IMG/VR virus record: IMGVR_UViG_3300025849_000032
Span: 3,129 to 67,128 of that record
DNA: 64,000 nt
Source: a virus
Strand: one strand, 5' to 3'
The notes under the pieces: generated by a model
Told to the model about the DNA's origin: nothing
Seen by the model: only the letters and a program-made list of their open reading frames with translations
The model's database searches: none
Shown here: one piece after another, positions 40,653 through 50,540 of the stretch
How the letters are laid out: every line of letters starts with the position of its first letter
Position numbering within the stretch: the stretch's first letter is position 1
Made by a program: the position numbers and the translations under genes

Positions 40653-40975
40653 TGGACGAAATAGATATAAACGAAAACTCTAAAGTGCAGTTAGATGTTA
40701 AAAGTCTAATTGGTATTGTAGCTGGGATTATTTCTCTTGCAGGTATATGGTTTACGCTAAGAGCAGAGATTTCTCAGTTACAATTAGATGTTGTACGTAT
40801 GCAGGACAATGTAGAGCTCAACCACGAGTTTAGAGTTAAATGGCCTAGAGGCGAAATGGGTGCTTTACCTGATGATGCTAAGCAAGATTTAAAAATAAGC
40901 TACTTACGAAAAGAGGTGGATTATCTACGTAAAGTAGTTAAAGATTTAGAAATTAAACAAGCAAAAACTGAATAA
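40652..40975 (+). CDS. Single-TM coiled-coil protein (possible lysis accessory)
   Basis: TM SLIGIVAGIISLAGIWFTL; directly upstream of endolysin. Confidence 0.65.
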   Translation: MDEIDINENSKVQLDVKSLIGIVAGIISLAGIWFTLRAEISQLQLDVVRMQDNVELNHEFRVKWPRGEMGALPDDAKQDLKISYLRKEVDYLRKVVKDLEIKQAKTE

Positions 40976-41433
40976 TGAAATTAAGTAAAAACTTTGCGTT
41001 GTCTGAGGTAACACACAGCAACACAGCTAAAAGACTAGGGATAAAGAATGAGCCGACTAAAGAACACCTGGATAACTTGCAAATGCTTATACGAGATCTT
41101 ATACAGCCTATTCGTGATGGGATTGGTCCTATCAGGGTTAGTAGTGGTTATCGTAACCCGGAACTCAATCGTGCAATTGGTGGCAGTCATAAGTCGCAGC
41201 ATTGCAAAGGTGAGGCATTGGACCTCCAGTTTTGGAAGAGGGGGAAGATGAGTAACAAAGTTATTTACGATTGGATACTAAAGTCAGGGTTAGATTTTGA
41301 TCAGATGATAAATGAATTTGATTTTGCCTGGATACATATATCCTTTAAAGAGCAAGGTAATAGAAGGCAAGTGCTTGAAGCCTATAATGATAATGATGGA
41401 GATACTAAATACAAATATGCAGATGTCAGATAA
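40975..41433 (+). CDS. Endolysin, peptidase M15A family
   Basis: SSGYR..ELN.AIGG...SQHCKGEALD and WIHIS zinc-ligand motifs. Confidence 0.9.
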   Translation: MKLSKNFALSEVTHSNTAKRLGIKNEPTKEHLDNLQMLIRDLIQPIRDGIGPIRVSSGYRNPELNRAIGGSHKSQHCKGEALDLQFWKRGKMSNKVIYDWILKSGLDFDQMINEFDFAWIHISFKEQGNRRQVLEAYNDNDGDTKYKYADVR

Positions 41434-42082
41434 CAAACAAAAAAAACAACCTAAAAATAATATAAAATTCAATATATCACTATCGGATGAGCAGAAAAAA
41501 GCTAAGGAAAATATAATCAACCATGCTTACAGTTTTGTAGTAGGTAGAGCTGGTAGTGGTAAGACTTTATTGGCAGTGCAAGTTGCTCTAGACATGTTCT
41601 TTAAAAGGCAATACAACAAGATAGTCATAACTAGACCTACTGTATCTACAGAAGATAACGGATTTCTACCTGGAAGTGAAAAAGAAAAGCTAGAGCCTTG
41701 GCTCGTACCAATTATGTCGAATATGCGTAAGGTGTATAACAAGCCTGAGAAGATTCAGAAGATGGTTGAAGAAGAGGAAATAGAGCTCGTCTCACTAACT
41801 CACTTTAGAGGAAGAACGTTTGACAACGCTGTAGTTATTGTTGATGAGTTTCAGAACTTAACTAAAGCTCAATTACGTATGGCGTTAGGTAGATTAGGTA
41901 GAAACTCTGTAATGATATTCTGTGGGGACAACCAACAAGTAGACTTGAAAGACTCATTTAACTCTGCTATAGATGACATAGCGAAAATGGAACCTAGTGA
42001 GCATGTGTACAAAGTTGTACTAGAAGATAACCATAGGCATAAAGCCATAAACGAAGTACTAAAACTATTAACAGGATATTAA
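41417..42082 (+). CDS. phoH: PhoH-family ATPase (start 41417 or 41423)
   Basis: GRAGSGKT, ITRP, GFLPG, RGRTF, IVDEFQN, LGRLG, GD..Q.D. Confidence 0.92.
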   Translation: MQMSDNKQKKQPKNNIKFNISLSDEQKKAKENIINHAYSFVVGRAGSGKTLLAVQVALDMFFKRQYNKIVITRPTVSTEDNGFLPGSEKEKLEPWLVPIMSNMRKVYNKPEKIQKMVEEEEIELVSLTHFRGRTFDNAVVIVDEFQNLTKAQLRMALGRLGRNSVMIFCGDNQQVDLKDSFNSAIDDIAKMEPSEHVYKVVLEDNHRHKAINEVLKLLTGY

Positions 42083-42093
42083 ACTAAATTAAC

Positions 42094-42945
42094 ATGGCAA
42101 CATTAACAACAGCATTAACGCTAACAGGAACTGCAGCAGACTTTGGAGCTGCTTTATCATTGAGTCAAAGTAATGCTTTTACTTTCACACATACTAATGG
42201 TATAGCAAAGAAAAAACTAACATCGACATCTAAGACTTGTCAAATATTTGTAAACGATGGTGACGGTGACGTTGCTGATGTTACTACTAGAGAAGGTAAG
42301 TACATAGATATAACAGATAACCACGGATTGAATAGAAGATACGTATTTACTACTGCAGATGGTGCTGGAGCTGCAACAGGTACTATACTAGCCTCAGGTA
42401 CAGATATAGGTTCTGGTGATATAACCACTAGATTACATTTAGTAGGAGGTATTGCTGTACAGATAACTGATGGTGATGAAGAAAGAGATATTTTAGAACA
42501 ATTAAAAGATGCTATAAACCACGCTAATGGGCACGCTGGGTCTATAGTAGCAACAGCAGTAGCTGCAGAAGCTAATGGGCCTCAGTCTACTACGTTAACT
42601 AATAGAGATTCTTCTACACCGCCTTTTGTTGACAATAAAAATGCAACTTGGCAAGACTTACATTCTACTACTAATAGTTTAGCTGACCACGTTGTACTAA
42701 TTAAGAAAGGTGAATATGCATCTCCCTCTATGTGTTACATTAGAAACACTGCAGCATTCGGCGATGGTACAGCTAATTGTATATACGCATACTACGACGG
42801 TGGTGGATCAGACACTGGTAGTCATTATAAAATCCAAGGTGGTCAATTTGCCATATTCCCGAGCGAGAGTCAAGAGACTCTTTACGCTTACACTTCTACT
42901 TCTGGTACTGTTGTTGAATTTATGGTGTTAGGTACTGAAGCATAA
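42094..42945 (+). CDS. Putative structural protein
   Basis: Thr/Ala/Gly-rich beta-type ORF coupled (TAATG) to esterase gene. Confidence 0.6.
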   Translation: MATLTTALTLTGTAADFGAALSLSQSNAFTFTHTNGIAKKKLTSTSKTCQIFVNDGDGDVADVTTREGKYIDITDNHGLNRRYVFTTADGAGAATGTILASGTDIGSGDITTRLHLVGGIAVQITDGDEERDILEQLKDAINHANGHAGSIVATAVAAEANGPQSTTLTNRDSSTPPFVDNKNATWQDLHSTTNSLADHVVLIKKGEYASPSMCYIRNTAAFGDGTANCIYAYYDGGGSDTGSHYKIQGGQFAIFPSESQETLYAYTSTSGTVVEFMVLGTEA

Positions 42946-45900
42946 TGGGTGGTTTAGGTTTAGATTACGCAGGCGTACAGGTTGTAGCTGAACCAGCGGG
43001 GTTTGGTGGACCTAATGCTATAATATTACTAGTAGGACAGAGTAACATGGTAGGGTACTCTTCTAGTGTTGTTGCTGCTAGTGCCACAAATCACACTAGT
43101 AATTTTGATACAACCATAGCGTATCCTTCCAGTGTAGGATCTAGTAGTTTTGGACCTTTTAATGTGTCACAGCTAAGTGATGGGGTTCTTAATAACGTTT
43201 TTACACAGCCTAAAGCAAGTGTAACATCAGGTACTTTTACTGACTATGTAATACAAGCAGCTACACCGTTAGATCATTGGGAGGGAGGAGGTGTTACGCA
43301 TGGTCTTGGATTAGCGAAAAGCTTCGTCCATGAAGCAACAACATCTCCTTTACAACAATATGGATTTCTTAAGGCTAATGGTCAGCGCAAGAATATCACG
43401 CTTATACCAGCTGCCTGGGGAGGTACTGGTTTTAAAAGTTATTACACAAGTAATGATCACGTAGGCAATGAGAAAGATACTATAACATGGTTAGCCCCAA
43501 ACTCTTTTGGGTATAATGACAACTACGCAGATGTGGTTGGTATTACTCTTGAACCTAGAAAAGCGGGTAAGCTGTATGAGCATGCTGTAACCGCTGCTAA
43601 TTCGTTGCTAGCTCTACCAGAGCTCGAGGGTTGTAACCTAGTTGCAATATTGTGGCATCAAGGAGAGACCGATAGGATTAACTCTCAGTTTGCTAGGCAC
43701 TTCTACTATATGATACAGAAGATGAGGCATGACATAACAGGTGCTACTCAAGACACACCTTTCATAATGGGTGAAGTAGCCCAAACATATCCAAACTGGT
43801 CTAAATGGCTACAAGCGGTCCACGAACATACTCCTAATGTAAATTACAACACAGCTTTTGTTAGAAGTAATGCCGCACCTGATAGTAATAACCAAGACTT
43901 AGATACTTATGATCAAACTCACTTTGTTGCCAACGACGTCGATATATTAGGTAAAAGATATTTCGCAGCTTTTAAAGATGTTAAAGACGGTAATAATGCA
44001 TACCCAGCTTTAAATAGATTAACTCAACATGAGATGCACTTCTCGTATTACCTCGATGAGATTAAAGATGTAGATACAGACGCCTTTCATTTACTACTCG
44101 GTTTAGGTAATCAAATGTTATTTAACCACGACAACACAAGGCAGTTTGCGCTTACACATCCACCTATTTACGATGATTCTAATGCAAAAATTAGCGGTCA
44201 TCAATCAGTGACTTATCCTGAAAGTATAGATAATTTTGAACCTGTCGCACTTACTTCATTAGGCAGAAGTAACTCTGCTCAGCAAACGCCTGCCGCTCAG
44301 ATAAGTACTGATCATTTTGCTTACGCTAAAATACAAGGTGATAATGATGGTGATCAAACCGGTGGTATAAAGCTTGGTGTTTATGAGTTTGGTAGTAAAG
44401 AGAAGGTACAAAGTGCTAATTCCCTCCCTGAAAACAGATTTAGAGGACTTAACACTTTCTCTTTAAACATAGTGTTTAGGTATGACTCTAGTACGCCACA
44501 GAATCTTGATGGCATACCAGGTAAAGGAGATGGTTCTATTTTAGTAGGTAATTTGCAAGCAGGTAATGCAATAAGTAATCCAGGTGGGTTTGCTTTTTAT
44601 ATAGCTAGACATGGAGATAGTGCTGGTAAGTTACATTTTAATTGTGGTGACTTTAAGGTACCTTATGGAAATGGAGAAGATTCAGGTAGAAATTATATAG
44701 CTGTATCACCCGTTTTAACACATGGTAAGTTCTACTATGCTAGTGTTGATTATACTAGAGAAGGTCCTGTTATTTATTTTGCGGGAGATGATGGGGTTTT
44801 AACTAGAAATACATTATTAAACGAACCAAACTTTATCTCTCATACTCCCGAAAGAGTTCCTTCTTATAGGGAGATAATATTAGGTCGCGGTTATAATATA
44901 AATACTCACTACCAAGGTGTTTCTGAAGTTGCTTACGTTGGTTGGAGCAGTGGTCTTGTATCTAGCTCCACCGATAGGAGTTATCTTAAATTTCAAGGTG
45001 GGGTACTACAAAGTCTATCACAAGCCATACTTAGTAATGCATACCAAGATATATACTTTGGTGATAAGTATGTAGATCATGCAGTAGCCATGACCGATAA
45101 CAAAGCTCATCAAAGTTACATAGTAGATTTAATGCATAGTAGAGGTATAAATAATATATCCTACTCAGACGATGAGTTCCAGGAGCCAATAGAGCCAGAT
45201 CCTATACTAGGTTGCACAGATTCAAGTGCATTGAATTATAACCCTAGTGCTACTCAAAATGATGGTTCTTGTGAGTACGATATATATGGTTGTACAGATC
45301 CTAATGCTACTAATTATAACTCTAATGCTACTCAAGATGACGGGACTTGTACATATCCAGAACCAGAGGATATATTAGGTTGTACTGATTCAGAAGCGCA
45401 GAACTACAACCCGGATGCTACTGCAGACGATGGTTCATGTACATACCCACCTCCACCTGCTCCTGACCCACCCACAGTGCCAGCACACGGTGACGTTTGG
45501 TTAGCAGCTGATAGTGAAGGAACTATTGAAAATGATGGGTTTGTAATAACAAGAACACCCGCAGGTAATGGTTTCGAAGGTTTCATACTATTAAAAACAG
45601 TTGCTCATAGTTCTATAGTAGGAATAGAACTTTATGGAAATATTATAGGTGGTACTGATGCAAGTGATAACGATAGTGACGGTACGATTGATGAGGCTGG
45701 TGAACTAAGCCACAGAGGTACGTGGGATGAAGCTATTCAGTGGGAGTTAGACGAGATTGAAAGTGGTTCAAAGAAAAGACTACCAAATGAAAAAGAGTCT
45801 AAAGAATTGATAGATGCTTTTAATGGCACACAACAATCAAGCGGTGGTAGTATTAGTTACCCTTGGGTATACACCGGCCCCATAAGTGGTGCTTGGCAAT

Positions 45901-46256
45901 TTTCAACAAATGCCAGCAACAACGCTTTATTTAGTTTTGTTAAAGCATCTTATCCGTATGGTGGACAGATATTTTGGTCAGGCTATGAAGCCAGCGATAC
46001 TCAAGCCAATGCTATTTATCTAAAAGATATGGGTAGCGTAGGCACTACTGCTAGCAATAACGCTGAAGCATATATAACAAGTTATGATAAAACAGGTGAT
46101 ACTTATCTGCACGTTAGAGCTATAGAAAGGTATAGCACTAATACTTTAGACCCTAACCAAGACCCAACTGGTGGTAGTTCTGGATCTATTAGAGCTACAA
46201 CTTCTAGTGGTAGCAGTAGTAGTAGCGGTAGTGTTACTCCAATGGGAGGTTATTAG
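42945..46256 (+). CDS. SGNH/SASA-type carbohydrate acetylesterase fused to LamG-like domain and GCTD repeats; probable virion depolymerase/receptor-binding protein
   Basis: LLVGQSNM, AWGGT, LWHQGETD, DQTH catalytic blocks; three GCTDxxAxNYNxxATxxDGxC repeats. Confidence 0.8.
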   Translation: MGGLGLDYAGVQVVAEPAGFGGPNAIILLVGQSNMVGYSSSVVAASATNHTSNFDTTIAYPSSVGSSSFGPFNVSQLSDGVLNNVFTQPKASVTSGTFTDYVIQAATPLDHWEGGGVTHGLGLAKSFVHEATTSPLQQYGFLKANGQRKNITLIPAAWGGTGFKSYYTSNDHVGNEKDTITWLAPNSFGYNDNYADVVGITLEPRKAGKLYEHAVTAANSLLALPELEGCNLVAILWHQGETDRINSQFARHFYYMIQKMRHDITGATQDTPFIMGEVAQTYPNWSKWLQAVHEHTPNVNYNTAFVRSNAAPDSNNQDLDTYDQTHFVANDVDILGKRYFAAFKDVKDGNNAYPALNRLTQHEMHFSYYLDEIKDVDTDAFHLLLGLGNQMLFNHDNTRQFALTHPPIYDDSNAKISGHQSVTYPESIDNFEPVALTSLGRSNSAQQTPAAQISTDHFAYAKIQGDNDGDQTGGIKLGVYEFGSKEKVQSANSLPENRFRGLNTFSLNIVFRYDSSTPQNLDGIPGKGDGSILVGNLQAGNAISNPGGFAFYIARHGDSAGKLHFNCGDFKVPYGNGEDSGRNYIAVSPVLTHGKFYYASVDYTREGPVIYFAGDDGVLTRNTLLNEPNFISHTPERVPSYREIILGRGYNINTHYQGVSEVAYVGWSSGLVSSSTDRSYLKFQGGVLQSLSQAILSNAYQDIYFGDKYVDHAVAMTDNKAHQSYIVDLMHSRGINNISYSDDEFQEPIEPDPILGCTDSSALNYNPSATQNDGSCEYDIYGCTDPNATNYNSNATQDDGTCTYPEPEDILGCTDSEAQNYNPDATADDGSCTYPPPPAPDPPTVPAHGDVWLAADSEGTIENDGFVITRTPAGNGFEGFILLKTVAHSSIVGIELYGNIIGGTDASDNDSDGTIDEAGELSHRGTWDEAIQWELDEIESGSKKRLPNEKESKELIDAFNGTQQSSGGSISYPWVYTGPISGAWQFSTNASNNALFSFVKASYPYGGQIFWSGYEASDTQANAIYLKDMGSVGTTASNNAEAYITSYDKTGDTYLHVRAIERYSTNTLDPNQDPTGGSSGSIRATTSSGSSSSSGSVTPMGGY

Positions 46257-46260
46257 ATAC

Positions 46261-46293
46261 AAAAAAAGGGAGGCCGTTAAGCTTCCCTTTTTT
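46261..46293. terminator. Bidirectional terminator between convergent late and early/middle arms
   Basis: A7-GGGAGGC-cgttaa-GCTTCCC-T6. Confidence 0.9.
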
Positions 46294-46309
46294 GTTTAAT
46301 AATTAATAA

Positions 46310-47935
46310 TTAACCTTCACATGAAGAACATTCTAATATGTTCCTACTAAAAGCCTGAGCTGAGCTCTGACTAAATTGGTAGTATAAGGTTTTAACGCCT
46401 TCTCTCCAAGCGTATATATAAAGCTGATTTATATCTTTAGCTGGTACACTTGGATCGATCATTAAGTTTAGACTCTGAGACTGATCTATATACTTCTGTC
46501 TTTGAGCGGCTTGTAGCACTAATTCCTTGGGTGCTATTTCTACAAACGACTTAAATACTTCTTTAGTCGGAAAATCTAAATGCTGAACAGAACCATCACG
46601 CTTCAGTATCCCTTCCCAAACATCATCCGTATTAAGATTATATTTCTCAAGTTCTTCTTGTAAGAAAGTATTTTTATATACAGTCTTTGTCTTAGCCAAG
46701 TCTTTGATAAAGTAATTAGATTTAATAGGCTCGATCCCCATACTGACAGCGCCATGAATAAAGGAGCTAGATTTTGTTGGTGCGATTGCCATAAGAGTTG
46801 TGTTAGCAAACCCGTCACGTAAAGACCTATACCCTTTGTATTCGTAGAGCCATTTAGATGCGTTCTCTGAACGTTCCTTAATTGTCTTGAATATTTCATT
46901 GTTTAAAGCTTTAGTCTGCATAGAATCAAACTCTAGCAGCTTTGATTGTAATAAAGAATGATAACCTAAAACACCGATACCAATTGCCCTGTGTTGCTTA
47001 GCAAATCTATTCGCTCTAGCTAACCCAGGTAATGTACCGGACTTAGTTATAAACTCATCCATAACAGCATTAAGGAATTGAGTATATACTTCTACAGCAT
47101 CTGTATGTTTAATCTCATCCCAGTGTAGTAAGTTTATAGAACCTAAACAACAAACGAAAGAATTAAAACTATCGGTAGGTAGCTGTATTTCAGAGCACAA
47201 GTTTGATGCTGTTATATCTAACCCAAGTTCTTTATACGGTGAGTTGTTGTTACTGTTGTCTTTGAACATAATATATGGAAAGCCAAACTCAGACCTTCTT
47301 TGTATTACTTTAGCCCATAACTTACGTTTATCAGGGTCACCAGCAATCATATCTGTCATCCATTGGTCTGTTATAGTAATACCATACTGCAAATTCTGTA
47401 TAGGATTACCTTCGGTACCAATATCTAAAAATTCATTTGCATCATTGTGCTCTATAGGTAAGTAAACAGCACAAGCACCTCGACGCGCTTCAGCTTGTTT
47501 ACAAACATCGACAGTAGTATCATACATGCGGGCATAATGTACAGGGCCATCAGCTTTACCGCCAGTCGATATTGACGCACCACGTGGTCTTATATTTCCG
47601 AGGTATGCTGATGTTCCTCCTCCGTATTTAGACATCATACCGATCTCCCTAGATGCGTTCAGTATCGAATCTAAATCATCGTCAACGTTTGAACCATAAC
47701 AACTGATAGGTAAGCCTTTGTTTTTACCAAAGTTTATCCACACAGGAGTAGACAAAGAGTAAAACCCTCGGGCCATATAATCTTCAAACTTCTGTGCAAA
47801 CCCTTCAATCTTTAAATGCTTTTCAGCTGTGTTAGCTATATCCTTTATTCGTTGCTCAGGCGTTTCTGTTATATATCCTCTAGATAAAAACAGTCTTGAC
47901 TCATCATTGAGCCAGTAGTATTTTTTATATTCCAT
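46310..47935 (-). CDS. nrdA: Class I ribonucleotide reductase alpha subunit (no ATP cone)
   Basis: PISCY, GGG, SNLCSEI, AIAPT, DQSQS, KTLYY, C-terminal CSSCEG. Confidence 0.95.
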   Translation of the reverse strand: MEYKKYYWLNDESRLFLSRGYITETPEQRIKDIANTAEKHLKIEGFAQKFEDYMARGFYSLSTPVWINFGKNKGLPISCYGSNVDDDLDSILNASREIGMMSKYGGGTSAYLGNIRPRGASISTGGKADGPVHYARMYDTTVDVCKQAEARRGACAVYLPIEHNDANEFLDIGTEGNPIQNLQYGITITDQWMTDMIAGDPDKRKLWAKVIQRRSEFGFPYIMFKDNSNNNSPYKELGLDITASNLCSEIQLPTDSFNSFVCCLGSINLLHWDEIKHTDAVEVYTQFLNAVMDEFITKSGTLPGLARANRFAKQHRAIGIGVLGYHSLLQSKLLEFDSMQTKALNNEIFKTIKERSENASKWLYEYKGYRSLRDGFANTTLMAIAPTKSSSFIHGAVSMGIEPIKSNYFIKDLAKTKTVYKNTFLQEELEKYNLNTDDVWEGILKRDGSVQHLDFPTKEVFKSFVEIAPKELVLQAAQRQKYIDQSQSLNLMIDPSVPAKDINQLYIYAWREGVKTLYYQFSQSSAQAFSRNILECSSCEG

Positions 47936-48921
47936 TAAAATAAATCATCTGCGGTTATACTTTTGCTTTTCTTATTGTAGTCAACTGATTTTTTATAGAA
48001 GAAATCACCTTCTTTTGTTGCTGTAATTTCAACATCAAACCACTTGGTACTAGCGATAGCTTCTTGGTCGATTTCGAATAAAGACTCATAGCCTATTTTA
48101 TTTAAAGAGTTATTAAATCTATTTTTTATAAACTGCTTTATAGTATCTTTACTTAAGAAGCTAAGCTCTCCAGTTTCAAATATCCAATCAAGCACTTCAC
48201 ATTCTGCTTTGTAGGCTTTTGTACATGCTGACATAATCAACTGTTCAAATTCCTCATCAAACCAGTCAGGGTTTTCTTGCTTAACTATATTAATAATCTC
48301 AGCTCCGAAATTACCGTGTATCTCCTCTTCTTTTGATGTTGCTTCAACGACATTAGATATGCCTTTGAGTACGTTATTGTTCTTGTTAAAAGACATCATA
48401 ATTAAGAACTGGCTAAACAAACTAACGTGTTCTATAAACAAAGAAAATAAAAGTACAGATTTAGTATACATCTTGTTGTCACGAGATCTAGTACCATCTA
48501 AGTATTTAGTTAAGTACTTTATTCTACCTGCAATAGCAGGAACTTCAACTACAGTTTCAAAGTCTTTTTCTAAGCCTAGTATTCTAATAAGCCTAGCATA
48601 AGCATCTTTATGTCTAACTTCAGACTCAGCGAACGTCATACCAACATCACCAACCTCGGTGATAGGCATACGCTTGTACATATCTGCCCAGAAAGTTTTA
48701 ACACTTACCTCGATCTGTGCTATTGAAAGCATAGTCTTTTTTATAACATCTCGTTCGTGATCAGTTATATTAACTTTGAAGTCTTGTATATCATCAGTAA
48801 AGTTAAACTCTGTATCTATCCAATAAGAATGCCGAATGGCATCCTTATAAGACAGAAGTTGAGGGTATTCATACGGAAGTATGTTTACCCTCTTCTCAAA
48901 TATATTATTCTTCTTCATCAA
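47935..48921 (-). CDS. nrdB: Ribonucleotide reductase beta subunit
   Basis: ESEVRHKDAY, FIEHVSLFSQF, KEEEIH, DFFYKK..DY. Confidence 0.95.
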   Translation of the reverse strand: MMKKNNIFEKRVNILPYEYPQLLSYKDAIRHSYWIDTEFNFTDDIQDFKVNITDHERDVIKKTMLSIAQIEVSVKTFWADMYKRMPITEVGDVGMTFAESEVRHKDAYARLIRILGLEKDFETVVEVPAIAGRIKYLTKYLDGTRSRDNKMYTKSVLLFSLFIEHVSLFSQFLIMMSFNKNNNVLKGISNVVEATSKEEEIHGNFGAEIINIVKQENPDWFDEEFEQLIMSACTKAYKAECEVLDWIFETGELSFLSKDTIKQFIKNRFNNSLNKIGYESLFEIDQEAIASTKWFDVEITATKEGDFFYKKSVDYNKKSKSITADDLF

Positions 48922-49060
48922 ACTCTTTTATAAGTGTTAAACAAACATCTATGAAAGGTAGATATATAACGTGATTAGATACTCCGTTTCCCGTGTCAGG
49001 GTAAGATCTAGCTCCTATTAGTATTCCTGGGTAAAACCCTAAACTTATTGTCCAATCCAT
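48905..49060 (-). CDS. Small protein, 51 aa (MDWTISLGFYPGILIGARSY...), not in ORF track
   Basis: ATG at 49060 coupled to upstream TAA; stop at 48905. Confidence 0.65.
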   Translation of the reverse strand: MDWTISLGFYPGILIGARSYPDTGNGVSNHVIYLPFIDVCLTLIKEFDEEE

Positions 49061-49509
49061 TATTTTCTTTTTTGTATTATTAACTCTACGACCATATCAC
49101 ACTCCTTTTGATTTTGAGGCTTGTATAAAGTTACATGCTTCATTTTATGGTTTACATATTTCTTAAACATCTTCCAACGCAAAGGGAAACTTTCATTTGC
49201 TCGGCCCTTAGTTTCTATTACAAAATCATGACTAATGAAATCAGGTGTATATTTAATAGGTAATATTTTCTTATTACCTCTGTTTATTAAATCACCTTTA
49301 CCATTAGCTTGACGTTCGTAGCTTTCAACTTCAAACTCAAAGCCTTCTTGCAGTGTGAATGTACAACCTTCATAATCAGCCTTTATACCAGCTTCCTTAA
49401 GTGCTTTATACATATATTTCTCAAGCCCAGAGGCGAAGGTAATCCCATCATAGGTTACCTTCTTAGCTCTTACTGGGCCTTTCTTACTACTGCGCTTCTT
49501 CAATCTCAT
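49060..49509 (-). CDS. PD-(D/E)xK endonuclease, T7 endonuclease I/Holliday junction resolvase-like
   Basis: FASGLE, KYTPDF, IETKG; ATG 49509 preferred over 49539. Confidence 0.75.
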   Translation of the reverse strand: MRLKKRSSKKGPVRAKKVTYDGITFASGLEKYMYKALKEAGIKADYEGCTFTLQEGFEFEVESYERQANGKGDLINRGNKKILPIKYTPDFISHDFVIETKGRANESFPLRWKMFKKYVNHKMKHVTLYKPQNQKECDMVVELIIQKRK

Positions 49510-49750
49510 CGCGTGCAGCTTGAATATATAATATAGCATCCATAAGTTCTTCCTGTATATCGTTTAGATAACCAGCCAAGTCTTTATGCTTACCAGTACG
49601 TTCATCATGTAGTGTACGACCGTATTTTTCGTAGCCAACGTTTGATCTGTCAAGGAATTTACCACATACAGTTTGTACTACTGGGTCTCTAAACCTCATA
49701 GTCACGGTTGTTACACCACTCTTTGCATCCATTATCTCTCTACTACTCAT
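49487..49750 (-). CDS. Small all-alpha NTP pyrophosphatase-like protein
   Basis: GYEKYGRTL ... IQEELMDAILY acidic helix typical of MazG-superfamily phage proteins. Confidence 0.55.
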   Translation of the reverse strand: MSSREIMDAKSGVTTVTMRFRDPVVQTVCGKFLDRSNVGYEKYGRTLHDERTGKHKDLAGYLNDIQEELMDAILYIQAARDEIEEAQ

Positions 49751-49751
49751 A

Positions 49752-50540
49752 CTAGCTTAGTGTTTCATTAAATTTAACAAATGTACCGTTCTCCATAACG
49801 CCTACTCTATTTTTAATCTCATCGTACGCACCTTGAATACAGTCTTCTATATTCCAACCTTTTAAAGCAGCTAGATTAGTAAGCACTACGATCATATCAC
49901 CGATCGCATCATGTATTTCAGCATCATCTTTTTTCAGTAAGCCTTCAGCTAGTTCGCCAGCCTCTTCCATAAGCTTCATGTACTGAGTTTCAGGGTTACC
50001 GCTTACTAATATACCTTTTAATGCAGCCCATTTTCTTATCTTTTCAAAGATCTCTGTTGGTGCAACCTTAACAGGTTCTTTACTTGTATTATCATCGTCC
50101 CAAGAGTTGATGAAGTTTCGCATAGCCTTGTTATATATGTAACATCTGTCTTCGTTGAATTGAGATGTTACTGCATTACCCACTATCCACATGGCTAATC
50201 TAGTAGACATCTGCTGATCACCGATCATCATATCCATATTATCTAGTAATCTACCTTTTAATTTGTTTAAAGGTACAGGGAAAGTAGTAGTTTGTTCTGT
50301 TACGTTAATTCTCATAGTTGGTTTATTACAGTTTAAATTTTTATAAGGTGTTTGATCTATTGGGTAACCGTACTCAGCTTGCATCAAGCGTTCCATATCA
50401 GATGCGATATTTATGTTATCGGTTTCTAATATAATTTGATATTCGCTAGGATCGTAACCTTGTTGATCTTCAACTCTACGTTTTAGATCTTTAGTTACAC
50501 CAATCTTTTTTCCTGGTATGTGGTATACTTTGTACATCAT
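49752..50540 (-). CDS. GIY-YIG-like N-terminal domain fused to MazG-like nucleotide pyrophosphohydrolase
   Basis: YKVYHIPGKKIGVTKDLKRR; C-terminal KLMEEAGELA...DAIGD...AYDEIKNR. Confidence 0.75.
   Translation of the reverse strand: MMYKVYHIPGKKIGVTKDLKRRVEDQQGYDPSEYQIILETDNINIASDMERLMQAEYGYPIDQTPYKNLNCNKPTMRINVTEQTTTFPVPLNKLKGRLLDNMDMMIGDQQMSTRLAMWIVGNAVTSQFNEDRCYIYNKAMRNFINSWDDDNTSKEPVKVAPTEIFEKIRKWAALKGILVSGNPETQYMKLMEEAGELAEGLLKKDDAEIHDAIGDMIVVLTNLAALKGWNIEDCIQGAYDEIKNRVGVMENGTFVKFNETLS

Noticed and set aside
337-45586. Numerous minus-strand ORFs antisense to structural genes (and plus-strand ORFs antisense to the replication arm)
   Set aside because: Shadow ORFs opposite well-supported genes, with Ser/Leu/Phe-rich composition expected from reverse-complemented codons
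37448-46256. Diversity-generating retroelement acting on fibre genes
   Set aside because: No reverse transcriptase and no TR/VR pair with adenine-specific differences seen; repeats differ mostly at synonymous positions
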